From Eledone cirrhosa (lineage: Eukaryota): a stretch of DNA of 64,000 bases. Below the pieces are notes generated by a model, which did not search any database, was not told where the DNA came from, and worked only from the letters and a program-made list of their open reading frames with translations. The stretch is from contig OZ024740.1 in NCBI GenBank assembly GCA_964016885.1, forward strand, positions 408,642,001 through 408,706,000, read 5' to 3'. Both the position numbers and the translations under genes were made by a program. Shown here one piece after another: positions 1-14,737 of this stretch; position 1 is the first letter of the stretch, and every line of letters starts with the position of its first letter.

Positions 1-1062
1 TCGCTATTCGTTCTGGGCTCATTTGCACCAGAACTTCTACGCTGGTCCTACCAAATACACCTCCGGAGGACTTTCCTATTGAAATTATCTTGTCTTCATC
101 AAAGTCAATGATTCCACATAGTATCCACCAAATATTTACATTTGGTGTTATACTCATTATTTTTATTCTTTGTGTCTTCTTTCCCCTGTATGTGGGGAAA
201 AAGCTGAAGCGGGGGGACACAATGGGTGATACCGAGTATTTTTGTGCTGTTGACTGGTTGTTCATTAGCACCGAAATGCTACCAAACAGTTTACCTTTTT
301 GTATGAAGGTTATGTCCTTCATTGCATCTTTTAGAACCAGCTTATTTTCATTTTGTGATAATTGAGCTGGTTTTCTTGTTTCGTTCGATATTGTCCTGAA
401 AACCACAGTTTTCAGGACAGCCTCTCTACGTAATTCCTGTGGAGAATTGATGCTAAAAGCACCGTTTTCGCCAAAAGTCACGAATTGTTTTGCGTCTTGT
501 AGTAGTTTGTTTAGCATTTGTTATGTCAATTGGCGTGTATAGTTCGTTTTTTTTTACATTCTGTGCGAACGTTGTTTTGGTGTTGTTGTCTTTTTTGTTG
601 CTGCTGTTGTTGTCACTGTTGGTAATATTGTTCATGTTTTCCTTGGTGTTGCTATTGTTGCAGTTGTTGGTTGTGGTGTTATTGTCATTGTTCTTGTTGT
701 TGGTGCTGGTATTATTTACCGGGTTTGGTTTCGTGGTTTCAATATTTTCAACGTTTTTCGATAATGCGAGGGGGGAAGGCTGCAAGCTTTGTACTCATAC
801 CTTCCCTCCACCACTTTTCTTAGTGGGCGTGGCACTCACGACAGTGTGCGAGGTTGAAATGGCATCCATTGCTGACTACCAAGTCTACACAGTTTTGAGA
901 TGAAAATGAAAATTTCGCCCCAGAAAGGGGCGAAAATTAGTTGACTCAACGTCTGAAGGCCCTGGCAAGGGGTTAAACTAAACAATGCTATTAAATTGAG
1001 CAATGAACTCACAGTTTTTTTTACAATAATCCGTAAAAATCCGGAGCGAAGTAATTCACATC
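1..1062 (-). mobile_element. L1/Tx1-type LINE, 5'UTR plus decayed ORF1 N-terminal half (continues off the left edge)
   Basis: Asn-rich ORF 453..785 ending ...TFAQNVKK; the downstream frame reads KTVVFRTISNETRK...ITFIQKGKLFGSISVL, aligning with ORF1 of the copies at 14.3 kb (TVTYRTVSTKSRR...ITRGKKYATVDVL) and 60 kb; 5'UTR hairpin at 911-938. Confidence 0.75.
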
Positions 1063-1066
1063 TATA

Positions 1067-1253
1067 TCAAGTGGTAATTGATATAGAGAGTGGGGAGGGA
1101 GTTCTGTGTAGCAGATATATATAGAGAGATAGTTTGATGTTTATTGATATAGAGAGTGGGACTGGAAGAGAGTTCCGTGTAGTAGATATAAAGAGGGGGA
1201 GAGTTTGGTGTAAATTAATATGGAGGGGGGATGGAAGAGAGTACCGTGTAGTA
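1067..1253. repeat. Degenerate purine-rich minisatellite (GATATAGAGAG...GAGTT units), continuing at 9595-9800
   Basis: The same units occur on both sides of the hAT element 1254-9594. Confidence 0.65.
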
Positions 1254-1618
1254 CAAAGGTTCTCAACGGGGGGAGTTTCGGAGCTCCAGGGGGCGTTTTG
1301 AAGCAAAAAGGCGTTGGGGGGGGGGGGGGCTTTAGTTTGGTAAGTTTTATAAGTCATATTTGTACGTATCTTAGACAGCCAGTGAGAATGAATTTGAATG
1401 AAGAAAACAAAGAAAATAAATAGAAGAAGCTTGTCAACGAATTCCCTAGGGAGATAAAAGAAAAACAAAAGAAATCAAAGAAAATGAACATAAGCTCTTC
1501 AACTTTGACAACAGTTACGAGAACAACTTCAACTGAAATGACAACAAAAAGAAGCAATGGTGATGAAACATACGAACATACACACACATGCATACGTACA
1601 TACATACATACATACATG

Positions 1619-1694
<76 letters not shown>

Positions 1695-1777
1695 CGTTAT
1701 TCCGGGTTGAATCGGAGGTAACCACAGTAAGTAAGGTACTCAATACATAGCAGAGTATAACAGTTTTAATATAGATG

Positions 1778-1828
1778 AGATTCTACAGGACTAGAACTGT
1801 TTCATTCATTAGAAATCATCAGGAATCT
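1778..1828 (-). ncRNA. Type I hammerhead ribozyme motif in a probable Penelope-type pseudo-LTR remnant
   Basis: Minus strand reads AGATTC-CTGATGA-tTTCtaatGAAt-GAAA-CAGttctagtcCTG-TA-GAATCT: intact core, 6-bp stem I, GUA cleavage triplet. Confidence 0.8.
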
Positions 1829-2289
1829 GGGTATCAAAAAATAAATATGGTATTTATAGGTCTCTACAAGTGGTAGGAGAGGGTGGGGAGTGGGATGGGT
1901 GCAGGTCATTGGTTGATAGAAAAGGGAATTCATTAAAAGCTAATTCTACAAAGCTATAGTTTATTTTTATTTTTATTTTTATTTATTTATGTTTTTAGAG
2001 TAACTAGGGCAGACAGAATTCTATAAACAGGTTCCGGATGGCATACCATTCCTTGTCAATAAGTTTCTCTTAAGCTAACAGATGTCTATAAAATCAATGG
2101 GGGGTCAGTCATGGTCGATAGAATTAAAGAAAAGGGAGATTCTTTAAAAGCTAAAGTCATTAAGGTTCTACTAAGTGACAAAGGTCTAGAGAATTCTGCA
2201 GACAGATTCAAAATACTGAGTGCATATCTTACTATTATCTTCGAACTTCTCTTAAACTAATCAACTATATGCCAAAAATCAACAGACAC

Positions 2290-4845
<2,556 letters not shown>

Positions 4846-4846
<1 letters not shown>

Positions 4847-5768
4847 AATGGAATAGAGTGAAACGAAATTTCATTTCTCACTCTTAGTACGGCACTTATT
4901 TAAATGTATGTATGCATGTATGTATACGTACATACATATATGTATACAGACGTACAGTAGTATGTATATATATATACATACATGCACACATATATATATG
5001 CACGTATCGGTTTACCGAACATTTATTATAATGCTCGGTTTGTTTGTAAACAAACAAACAGCCCGAATTACGCCGTACAGTGTTTAGGCAACCACGTCAC
5101 CTTTTTGTTCAACACTGACACAGGAACGATATACTAGTTTCAAGCTTATTAGCTATCGTCAGCATCGTATACCTTCCTGCCAGATGGTTGAACGTCTGAA
5201 AGTATATACTTTCCTTATGCATATTAACGGCTGAGCAGCCTAATTTGCATATCGAGTGAGTTAAGTCGGCCGGGCGCACCGAAAACGATAAATGGAATAG
5301 AATGAAACGAAATTTCATTTCTCACTCTTAGTACGGCACTTACTTAAATGTAAGTATGCATGTATGTATACGTACATACATATATGTATACAGGCGTACA
5401 GTAGTATGTATATATATATACATACATGCACACATATATATGCACGCATCGGTTTACCGAACATTTATTATAATGCTCGGTTTGTTTGTAAACAAACAAA
5501 CAGCCCGAATTACGCCGTACAGTGTTTAGGCAACCACGTCACCTTTTTGTTCAACACTGACACAGGAACGATGTACTAGTTTCAAGCTTATTAGCTATCG
5601 TCAGCATCGTATACCTTCCTGCCAGATGGTTGAATGTCTGAAAGTATATACTTTCCATTTATCGTTTACGGTGGGCCCGGCCGACTGAACTCACTCGATA
5701 TGCAAATTAGGCTGCTCAGCCGTTAATATGCATAAGGAAAGTATATACTTTCAGACGTTCAACCATCA
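4846..5768. repeat. About 443-bp direct repeat (two copies) plus an inverted copy of its internal segment
   Basis: 4846-5214 is nearly identical to 5290-5656; about 5655-5767 is the reverse complement of about 5185-5297; a related segment lies at 35065-35110. Confidence 0.85.
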
Positions 5769-6387
5769 GTTTAGTATGTACAGGGTGTAATGGATGCGAC
5801 ATATATTATACGCGAATTGTACAATAATTCAAATTAAGATTAAAATTAAAATTAAAAGCACAGAGTGGAATACATGCGACAGATAATACAAGAGAATAGT
5901 CTAATAATTAAAGAGGCATTGAGGAAGCGTGTAGAGATTGTACATGCGTTAGTCCTATATATGGGAAGAAAACAGGCAAATGTATTAGGCATATACGAGT
6001 ACTGTATGGCAAGGTATTACATAAAATACAAGCACTTTAAGCGAATATGTTAGTGTATTATGGAGGATGTAATGCGAGGATAGTTTCTGTATAGTTCAAA
6101 TATGTATGTGTGTAGAATATGAAAGTTACAGATTTCCCATCCATTACATATGTTAAGTTATATTTTAGTTAATGTTTGTATTGAATGTTTTTAGTTAGTT
6201 ATAGTAATGGATTGTAACTTGGTCTTATTGTATTCATATTCATTGATTAGAGTTGTTCTACAGCGAGATTTTTCAACCGTTTAATATCCGGAAGTCGATA
6301 TGGAATTAAGGGGAGCTAATGCGTAAGGGGAGGTAACTAGCTCGTTATAATATTAAAATTCTTTGCTCTAATAGACATTATATATAT

Positions 6388-6577
6388 GGCGGCGGATTGG
6401 CAGTATCAGTGGAGGGTCGGACGCCATGCTTTGCAGCACAGTTACGTCCCTTTACGGACTGAGTTCAAATCCCGCCGAGGTTAACTTTGCCTTTCATCCT
6501 TACGGGGTCGATAAAATAAAGTACCAGTAATACACTGGGATAATTGCTGGCCTTGTGCCAAAAGTAGAAACAATTAT
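6388..6577 (+). mobile_element. tRNA-derived SINE (main family of this window)
   Basis: A-box-like TGGCAGTATC, B-box GAGTTCAAATCC, core TTTGCCTTTCATCCTTACGGGGTCGATAAAATAAAGTACCAG (recalled as Meta/MESC-like), tail GGCCTTGTGCCAAAAGTAGAAACAATT. Confidence 0.9.
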
Positions 6578-7076
6578 ATAGTGCCACAATTGAATCCCTT
6601 ATACAAAATGTTATATATTTATATTTAATTTTAAATACAGTCTACTATCTCATAATATATTAAATGTTTCATTAGATTGTTATCTACCCAATATCAGGCA
6701 AGATATGGAATAATGTATAGCTGTTTACATGTTAAATTAGATAAATCCCTTATGTTAATAAATTAATCCTTTATATACAATGTTATTAATTTATACATTT
6801 AATTATAAATGTATATATAATTCATTGTCACATATTACATTTAATGTCTATACATATTATATTATATTTCAATTACTGTATATATTATAAGTAATCTAAA
6901 TTATTTATATTATAAGGTGGTGACTAGATGTTTATTTCTAGAGTATAATGTTAGAGATAAATAGGATTTGTGTAGAGGAAAGAGCAGATCAAAGAGTGTG
7001 ATGCTGTGGGGGAAGAAAAGTGTTAGAGGTGAAGTGTTAATGGTAGTGATGAATTCAAATCTGACATTGTTATATG

Positions 7077-8578
7077 CTAGCGGCTAGATTTAAAGCTATC
7101 GAATGAGTGTCGGTAGTGGTGTTGGCACGAGGAAAACACCTCTGACTTTTTATTTAGGAGGTTTAGTTTCGAAAAGATTATAGTATGGGTCTCTAGAAGA
7201 CAGAGGTTACAAAATGTATTCGGTTGTTTATACGATGCAACCCTACCTACTACTTCCCATTGAAGTGTATATGTTCTATTCCTAGTTTTCAGAGAGTGTA
7301 TGTAGCTAGATAGTGAAGTGTAGTTGGCTAGATTGTGTTTTTTGAAAGAGTGGAGGTGCGAGTTGTATCTCATCTTGAAGCAGTTCGAAGTAGAGCCACT
7401 ATATGTTTTAGAAGAGTTGTTTGTGTTGACCGTGCAGGATTAAATGATGTCTTTGATTAAGCAATTATTACTTAATGGGTAAGTTCTATTTGATCTACAG
7501 TTACATTTATTTTGCCGGTTATTATGTTGTGCAGAAGTCTGGTTGTTATGGATAGCATTAGGGTAATGATGGTTGTCGTTCCTATTGTTATTGATTTCAT
7601 TAGTGTTATTACTATTATTACTATTGCTACTAGGGTTTGTAGTTATTATGTTGTTCTGTAAGTTTACCTTCTGCTGTGTTTTAATTAGTTGGAAATAATT
7701 ATTAATCTTCCTTTTATTACAACTAGCTATATGGAATGCTATGTTAGGTGTGGTAGAGTAAGAGATTTTAATGGTGTTTTTATTTATAAGATTATGGTAT
7801 TTGTCGCCAGATGGGAAGTTTTTTTCTAGGATTGAGAAGAAAGCCTTAGGTAAGTTGGTAGAAACGTTTAGATTGAAAGGGGGATTGAAGAATGTATTAG
7901 TTCTTCTTCTATTTTTGTTTTTTGTAATATCTATTGAGGTATTTCTGTTTATAATATTATTGTGGTGTTTACTTTGGTGCGAGTTAAGTTTGACATTACC
8001 CTTCGTATTAGAGTAAGAGTGGCTAGTACTCTTATTATTTTTCCTCATGGCCATATTGTGAGAAATAATGCTGTAACTATGTGATTTTATAGGTAGGAAT
8101 TCAATCCCATTTTTATGGCCTGATTTAGCTAATGCCTGATTATAGTATTGGGAATTATTGTTAAATATGGTTTCGTTTTATGATAGATTAGAGATTCTAT
8201 TAGATATTCCTTTAGTGATTGAGTTTAATATGGATTTAGGGTGGTTAGACTTGGTATCCACATAAATTAGGTTTTCGTTAAGTTTATGAAAGGGTGTATA
8301 TTTCTTAGAGTCTAGGCAAAGGGTAGCATCAAGGAAGTTAACATTTTTAGTGTTTTTGTCTAAGGCGATACTTAAGTTGAAGTTTTTGAAAATCTTATGT
8401 AATAGTTTCCTAGTTCTTTCTATATTAAATTTGTTATAGTCTATAAGGAGTAGTGCATCATCGCGGTATAAACCACCATTGATGTAGGGTAGGTTCTTAT
8501 GAATTTCATTTAGTAGATATAGGCCCACCAAATCAGTGACCTGCGGCGAGTCACTAGATCCCATAGTTATGTCAAAGT
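7077..8578 (-). mobile_element. 5'-truncated, frameshifted Penelope-like retroelement (RT plus C-terminal GIY-YIG; probably Hydra clade)
   Basis: FDITMGSSDSPQVTDLVGLYLL, GGLYRDD, VNFLD, SNHP, FFNPPF, IKISYS, CNCR..YPL.NNCL, TYSGST..FKMRY..H, CNLCLLE; abuts (TA)n at 8583; clade assignment from recalled motif pattern. Confidence 0.85.
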
Positions 8579-8650
<72 letters not shown>

Positions 8651-8816
8651 CACACACACATATATATATTTTTTATTTTTTCAGTCTGGTCTACCATGTT
8701 TGAGCCCCCTGTTGGAGATAGATAGATAGATAGATAAATAGATAGACCGGTACCAAACACACACACACACACACACACATTTCTTACTCTCTCTGTCCCT
8801 CCCTCTTTCTCTCTTC

Positions 8817-8853
<37 letters not shown>

Positions 8854-8941
8854 GTTGTTGAAAAGAGCAGTGGCCTTTGACCTGGCAATAAAAACTGGAG
8901 GCAAAATTGTTTCTGTACCAAAACCAAGGCACACACACACA

Positions 8942-9035
<94 letters not shown>

Positions 9036-9806
9036 CGCGTTTATGTGTGTGTGTGTGTATCTATCTATGTATATATATATAAGGGATACAGATATGGCTT
9101 TCTCACTGTCACCAAGCTTCTCAATTCATTCGTTGCTACTAAGTATTTTATTTTGCTACGATGTATTTTATTTTGCAGGGTACTATTTCTCCCCTGAGTT
9201 TGTGATTTCAGAGAAAGGTAAGAAATTCTTCATATTTTGCATCTTTTGTATTTTTACAGTTTGAATTGTAGAATTGTCTATCCACTCAAAACAGCTAACA
9301 GTGAAATATAGAATTTAAAAAAAAAAACGCTTTTTCGACTGAGATGAAATCTTTTTTTTTTTTTTTTAAATGTATAATTTGAAATAGCTTGCTTTTGTTT
9401 TGGACTGAAACTTTTTTTGTATTTAATTCGTACGAGTATTTTTTAAAGATTCTAAAATGACTCGATTTGGCCCAGTAATCTACTGATTTCAAAATCAGTA
9501 GTATATTGAAAAATTGAAAAATAAGGTAGAGGGACGTTTCGTGATTTCGAGGGGCAAAAGAGGGCGCTTGGCCGAAATGGGTTGAGAACCCTTGGTGTAG
9601 TAGATATAGAGAGGGGGACAGTTTGGCGTTAATTGATATAGAGAGGGGGATTGGGAGAGATAACTGTAGATATTTATAGAGAGTGGGATAAGAGAGGAGG
9701 TGTCATGGTAGATATAGAGAGGTAGAGTTTGGTTTTAGTAGATACAGAGAGGGGGATTAAAAGAGAGTTTTGTGTGATAGTCATGGAGAGGAGGAGAGTT
9801 TGGTGG

Positions 9807-10122
9807 CACTCTCGGGTCCCAAATAACAGGAGAGGTAGCATTAATGGGGGGTCTTGGGACATCAGTAGTTGTATAGTGTACGTTCGTAAATATGGGATTT
9901 CTTGTAATGTTCTTTTGTCATATATCATGTATTTTTATTGTAACAACATTATTATTAGATTCTCCAGCTGCTGTATCAATATGAATCACTTACAATAAAA
10001 TTTCGCCGGAGATAGATTAGCAAAATTTAATAAGCGGGTGTGGGTGGAATAAAAACCTGGGGGGGGGGCTCTGACAAATTAATAAGCGGGGTGTGGGGAC
10101 GATTATTCAAGACCTGAGAGTA
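9807..10122. mobile_element. Small TIR element (MITE)
   Basis: CACTCTCGGGTCCCAAATAA vs reverse complement of right end TACTCTCAGGTCTTGAATAA; subterminal AATAAGCGGG repeats. Confidence 0.55.
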
Positions 10123-10444
10123 CGTGAATTATTGACGGATGTAAGAATGAAAACTCAATACCGAAGTAGAATTTAAATATTCATTTATTATGGTTAAGTC
10201 TTGAGAACAAGGATCTGAGATGGCTTATGATGAAGGGCGCTAAATTTAGGAAATCTGTAAGAACAAACGGGTCCACGGTAGGTAAGTTGGTGTTGGAATC
10301 AATCGAAAAATGCTGAATGAGGTTTCATTTCTTCAAATCTTTTCTTTTTCTATTGTTTCCCCCTTTTTTCCCATTTGGGCTCTACCAACTCTGTAGATTA
10401 CCTTCTTCTTACCACCCCTTTAAGACGATTTGTTTTCTTTTTCT

Positions 10445-11165
10445 CCCAGACGACGCCGTACTCAGCATCCATTCCATCTTGTCCGAAACTCGACTAACGC
10501 CCAAAGATGCCGCCTACATTCTTGACTCTCCAATTCTCTCGAAATCCATAAAAGAGTGCATGGAGACCAATCACACAGACCTATTACGAATGGCAGAGAA
10601 GCTGTGCCTCATTGACGTTCAACCGGCGCTCTTCCTCCCGGTGCTCTTCCTCTTGAGGAATTGCTTCGCCCTCCCCAAATTCTTGTTCACGTTGCGTGGT
10701 GCACCTTGTCAACCCCATGCAGATCACATTAGTGAACTCGACGGCATCATCCAATGCTGTGTGGAACTCATCAGCAATGTCAGTTTCGACAACGCCAGCT
10801 TGCAACAAGCGAAGCTCCCAGCGAGGTTCGGTAGCCTGGGCCTCCGATCCGCTTCGGATCTGCCACTGCCGACCTACCTCTCCTTAATTTCCTCCAGTCG
10901 CACCCTCGTCAGCGAGGTCCTCAGCAAGACGGTTGAACCTGACGTGATCCCAGAACTTGCACAGGCTCTGGCCGAGAGGACAAGAAGATAAATAAATGTT
11001 CGGCCACTTCTTCTTCGCCTCGGATCCCATACGGCCGAGCTCCTTCGCAAAATCGGAACGTCTGATGAAGGGGCCCTGTGAGGTGGGGTGGTTGTCCGCA
11101 TAAATGCCTTTGCAGTCCTGTCCACGGGGTGCAATCCAAACGCCGCCCCGTCCAAGGCATAGAAC
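10445..11165 (+). mobile_element. CRE-clade non-LTR retrotransposon fragment (post-RT region joined to RLE tail by an internal deletion)
   Basis: LFLLRNCFALPKFLFTLR...QAKLPARFGSLGLRSASDL.LPTYLS; then LGSHTAELLRKIG...RINAFAV, homologous to 38050-38200. Confidence 0.75.
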
Positions 11166-11512
11166 CCATCACCTGTTACCCTCCCCCTTCCCTTTCTTCT
11201 GTGGCCTCATAGTTCTTGCTTTTCCTCTCCATTTATGGCATTTATAGTCTTTTCCTCTACTTTCCTATACAAACATATCTGCCCTTCTTTACCCCTTCCT
11301 CTTTTTTTCATTACTTAATTTTATTTTTATCTTCCTTTTTTCATATTTAACTAATTATGTATGGTTGTTCAGCCAACTTTGTGAGTGAAACACATGCATT
11401 GAGTATAAACATTTAATATTTAAAGAATCGAAAGATTATTTTCTTTAATTTTACGGCCTCTTCAGCACTCATCAAACTTCATCTTCCAGCTCTTTCCCAA
11501 CATAATCAGTTG

Positions 11513-12285
11513 GGGCAGTGGTTTGACAGACTCGTTAAGGCGTCGGTAAAAATGACTTAATAGTTTATCTTTCAGCTCTTTGCTTTCTGAGATCAAATCC
11601 CGCCGATGTCAACTTTGTCTTTTCTTCTTCCGGTGTCGATAAAATATAGTTCCGGTCAAGTACACGAGTAGAGTTAATTGACTTTCCCTACTCTCCAATA
11701 TTGCTGGCCTTATGCTTCGAATAGAAACCATTAATGATAATTTTCTACTTTAGGCACAAGACCAGCAATTTTGAGGAAAGGAAAAATCGATCAAATCCAC
11801 CCAGTATATTACTGGTACTTTATTTATCGACCCCGTAAGGGTGAAAGGCAAAACTAACCTCGATGGGTTTTGAACTCAGAACGTAAAGGGACGTAACTTT
11901 ATGCTGAAAAGCATGTTATCCGATGCTCTACCGATACTGCCAATCCACCACCCTAATAATAATGATAATTCTAATTAAGGCACAAGGCCAGCAATTTTGG
12001 AAAAAAAGGAAAAGTCAGTTAAACCGACCCCAGTACTTGACTGGTATTATATTATATTGAAGGGCGGTGAATTGGCAGTATCGGTAGAGGGTCGGACGTC
12101 ATGCTTTCCAGCATAGTTACGTCCCTTTACGTTCTGAGTTCAAATCCCGTCGAGGTTAACTTTGCCTTTCATCTTTACGGGGTCGATAAAATAAAGTACC
12201 AGTAATGTACTTTGTAATTGCTGGCCTTGTGCCAAAAGTAGAAATAATTATTATTATATTGAACCCGGAAGGATGAAAGTTCAAC
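11513..12285. mobile_element. SINE cluster: + copy 11513-11731, - copy 11739-11953, older - copy 11968-12285 interrupted by + copy 12062-12250
   Basis: Same B-box, core and tail motifs as 6388-6577; the nested copy is flanked by a TTATTATTATATTGAA duplication. Confidence 0.85.
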
Positions 12286-12659
12286 TTGTCATCCTTCCGA
12301 CATTGACAAAACAAAGAACCAGACAAGTTGTGGAGTCGATTTAATGAAAGAGTAGACTAAATAATAAGCAAGGAGCTTGTGATGAGACAACGGAGAGATA
12401 AGAGACAAGAGACAAAGGAGAAGATGAAACGGGTGCACTTGGATAGAAGTTGTATGTAGCTCTACAATTCAAAACATCAGAAGCCCGAAGAAGAAAAAAA
12501 CAAAGGAAATATTAGGTCTGTGGGTAGTAGTTGCTAGTATGTTAGATTTTGTCAGATAGTTGGATGGCCTCTTTTTCATGCAGTCGAAGAAGTTTGCGCA
12601 TAGTAGTAGCATTAACCCAGATATATTAGCAATACCCTTATATGGGTCACCCTTCAGTT

Positions 12660-12898
12660 TTGTAAATGTATGAAGTATTTCATCTGCAGAAAATAATAAG
12701 TCAATTACTATAGATAATATTTGTGAAAATTGGATAAATGACCCTTAGAGACAGAAAAAGTGGGCAATGCCGCCATCCTTGTAGCTGCTTCTGTTCACCC
12801 TTTTCTCGTCTCTAAAGGAACTTTACCCAATGTTCTCAAATATTGTCTATAGTGATCAACCGTTATTATCTGCATATAAGGCTCTCACATTTTCAAAT
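12660..12898. repeat. Degenerate inverted-repeat (foldback/MITE-like) element
   Basis: CTATAGATAATATTTGTGAAAATTGG...TTAGAGACAGAAAA pairs with TTTTCTCGTCTCTAA...CCAATGTTCTCAAATATTGTCTATAG. Confidence 0.6.
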
Positions 12899-13245
12899 TA
12901 TCGATTACTTTTCTATTATTTCTGTTCCGTGTTTCGTTCTACAACGGACGGTTTTTGTAGCATTTTAGTTTTATTATGAGAAGAGGGTGCTAGCCTCTCG
13001 CTCAATTCTTCTTCATTTCTAGAGAAAGAGACATTAGGAATTGTCCCCCACGGGCATTTTCACAGTGCAGCGTAGCCAATTCTATGTGCGTGTGTGTGTC
13101 TGAGAGAGACAGAGAGAAGCAAGGTTGACCGAGACGAGATTTGAAGTTGGAGCACCAAGAACTGAAACAAGAATCACAAGTCATTCTAACATGTTTTAAC
13201 TACTTTGCTTATTTCGCTTTGTCCCGTTATAAGAAGTTGTAAAGC

Positions 13246-13577
13246 AGGGTGTATAGAGGGTGTAGTGGGTATAGTGGGTATAGGGGGGGATAGTGGTTTC
13301 GGGGGTATAGGGGGTATAGGGTGTATAGTGGGTATAGGGGGTATAGGGGGTATAGTGGGTATAGTGTGAATAGGGGGTATAGTGGGTATAGGGGGTATAG
13401 TGGATATAGGGGAGTATAGTGGGTATAGGGGGTATAGTGGGTATAGTGGGTATAGGGGGTATAGTGTGTATAGGGGGTATAGTGTGTATAGGGGGTATAG
13501 GGGTATATTGGGTATAGGGTGTATAGGGGCTATAGTGGGTATAGGGGGTATAGAGGGGTATAGGGGGTATAGGGGAT
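13246..13577. repeat. 9-bp minisatellite (TATAGTGGG/TATAGGGGG)
   Basis: More than 30 visible tandem units, strongly G-skewed. Confidence 0.95.
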
Positions 13578-13999
13578 ATTCTGAATCGACTTCCAAATGA
13601 CAACCGATAAACTGGAGTGATTTAGATTGCAGACTTCCACTTTTAGATAAACTGATTCCATTTTCTTTATTTAATTTACATTTCGAGTATATTCTGTTTC
13701 CTGTCCCCCCCCCCCCTCCGCCATCCACTTATCTCTATAAACATCCTTCCACATATCTACTTAAACAGTTTCTTAAATGTTTGCTCGAGAATACACCCAT
13801 CCGATACTCCATATATCCATTTCCTGAATCATAAGCATCACCAATACCACCACCACCACCCCACTATCATCATCATCATCATCATCAACAGCACCATCGC
13901 CAGCACCATCGCCAGCACCATCGCCAGCACCATCTTCACTTTCATCGTATTATTTCTTATTGTTATTACTATTATTTTTGTCATAATTATCAATATTAG

Positions 14000-14137
14000 A
14001 TTTGCCTTTCATTCTAATGGGGTCGATAAAATAAAGTACCAGTAACGCACTGGGGTCGACTTAATTGACATTCCCCTCCCTCCCCCCAAATTACTGGCCT
14101 TGTGCCTAAAGTAGAAATCATTATTATTATTATTATT
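14000..14137 (+). mobile_element. SINE 3' half with (ATT)n tail
   Basis: Core, then GGCCTTGTGCCTAAAGTAGAAATC(ATT)n. Confidence 0.85.
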
Positions 14138-14706
14138 GAATGCTATGGTTGACGGAGGCTCGGCTGTGTAAGGTATTGTAAATTTTGACCGTTATAACAA
14201 TTGTAAATTGTTTAAAACTTTAACCAACTTGTAGACAAAAACACCCTCCTCCTCGTGAGAGGGGTCTTTCTGCCCGTTATTTGGCCCTTCGGGGTTAAAT
14301 AACCGCTTATTGGGGTTTTGTGCCCAATGTTTATTTTAAACAAAAAAATAATATGGCTACGAAAAAGAATTTTCATAGGTCACTCCCACTCATTCCGTCT
14401 TCTTCTTCCTCAATCGTCACTACAGCAGAGAGAAGATTGTCTCTCTCCCTCCCTTCTCTAAATGTGTCTCTCTCCCTCCCTTCTCTTTCGCAAGCGACGC
14501 CAGAAAAGAAAAATCACGTGCAAAGCGAGCAAGATTTATCCACGACAACGACGAAAAAGTTGTGCGGGAAATACGAAAACCCATTTCATTCGTCTGACGT
14601 CAGGAATAATAGCAGTAGCAGCCGTAATAACAGCAGCAACAGTGACAAGGACAACAACAGTAGCAGCCGCAACAACATCAGCAGCAGCATAAACAACAAC
14701 AGCATT

Positions 14707-14737
<31 letters not shown>

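Noticed and set aside
6388-6480. tRNA genes at SINE heads
   Set aside because: A and B boxes are present but there is no cloverleaf, and they continue into SINE core and tail
7077-8578. Selenocysteine-recoding PLE (Naiad-type)
   Set aside because: The endonuclease is C-terminal and the interruptions are frameshifts and TAA/TAG stops, not conserved in-frame TGA; no SECIS seen
11060-11110. CTGATGA possible hammerhead core
   Set aside because: No downstream GAAA or stems; the sequence is decayed CRE endonuclease coding region
13186-13728. PLY/PIP repeat protein ORFs
   Set aside because: 9-bp minisatellite open in several frames on both strands
14225-14325. HDV-like ribozyme in the LINE 5'UTR (TCCTCGT loop)
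   Set aside because: P1 and P1.1 could not be formed consistently across copies; kept only as a conserved hairpin finding
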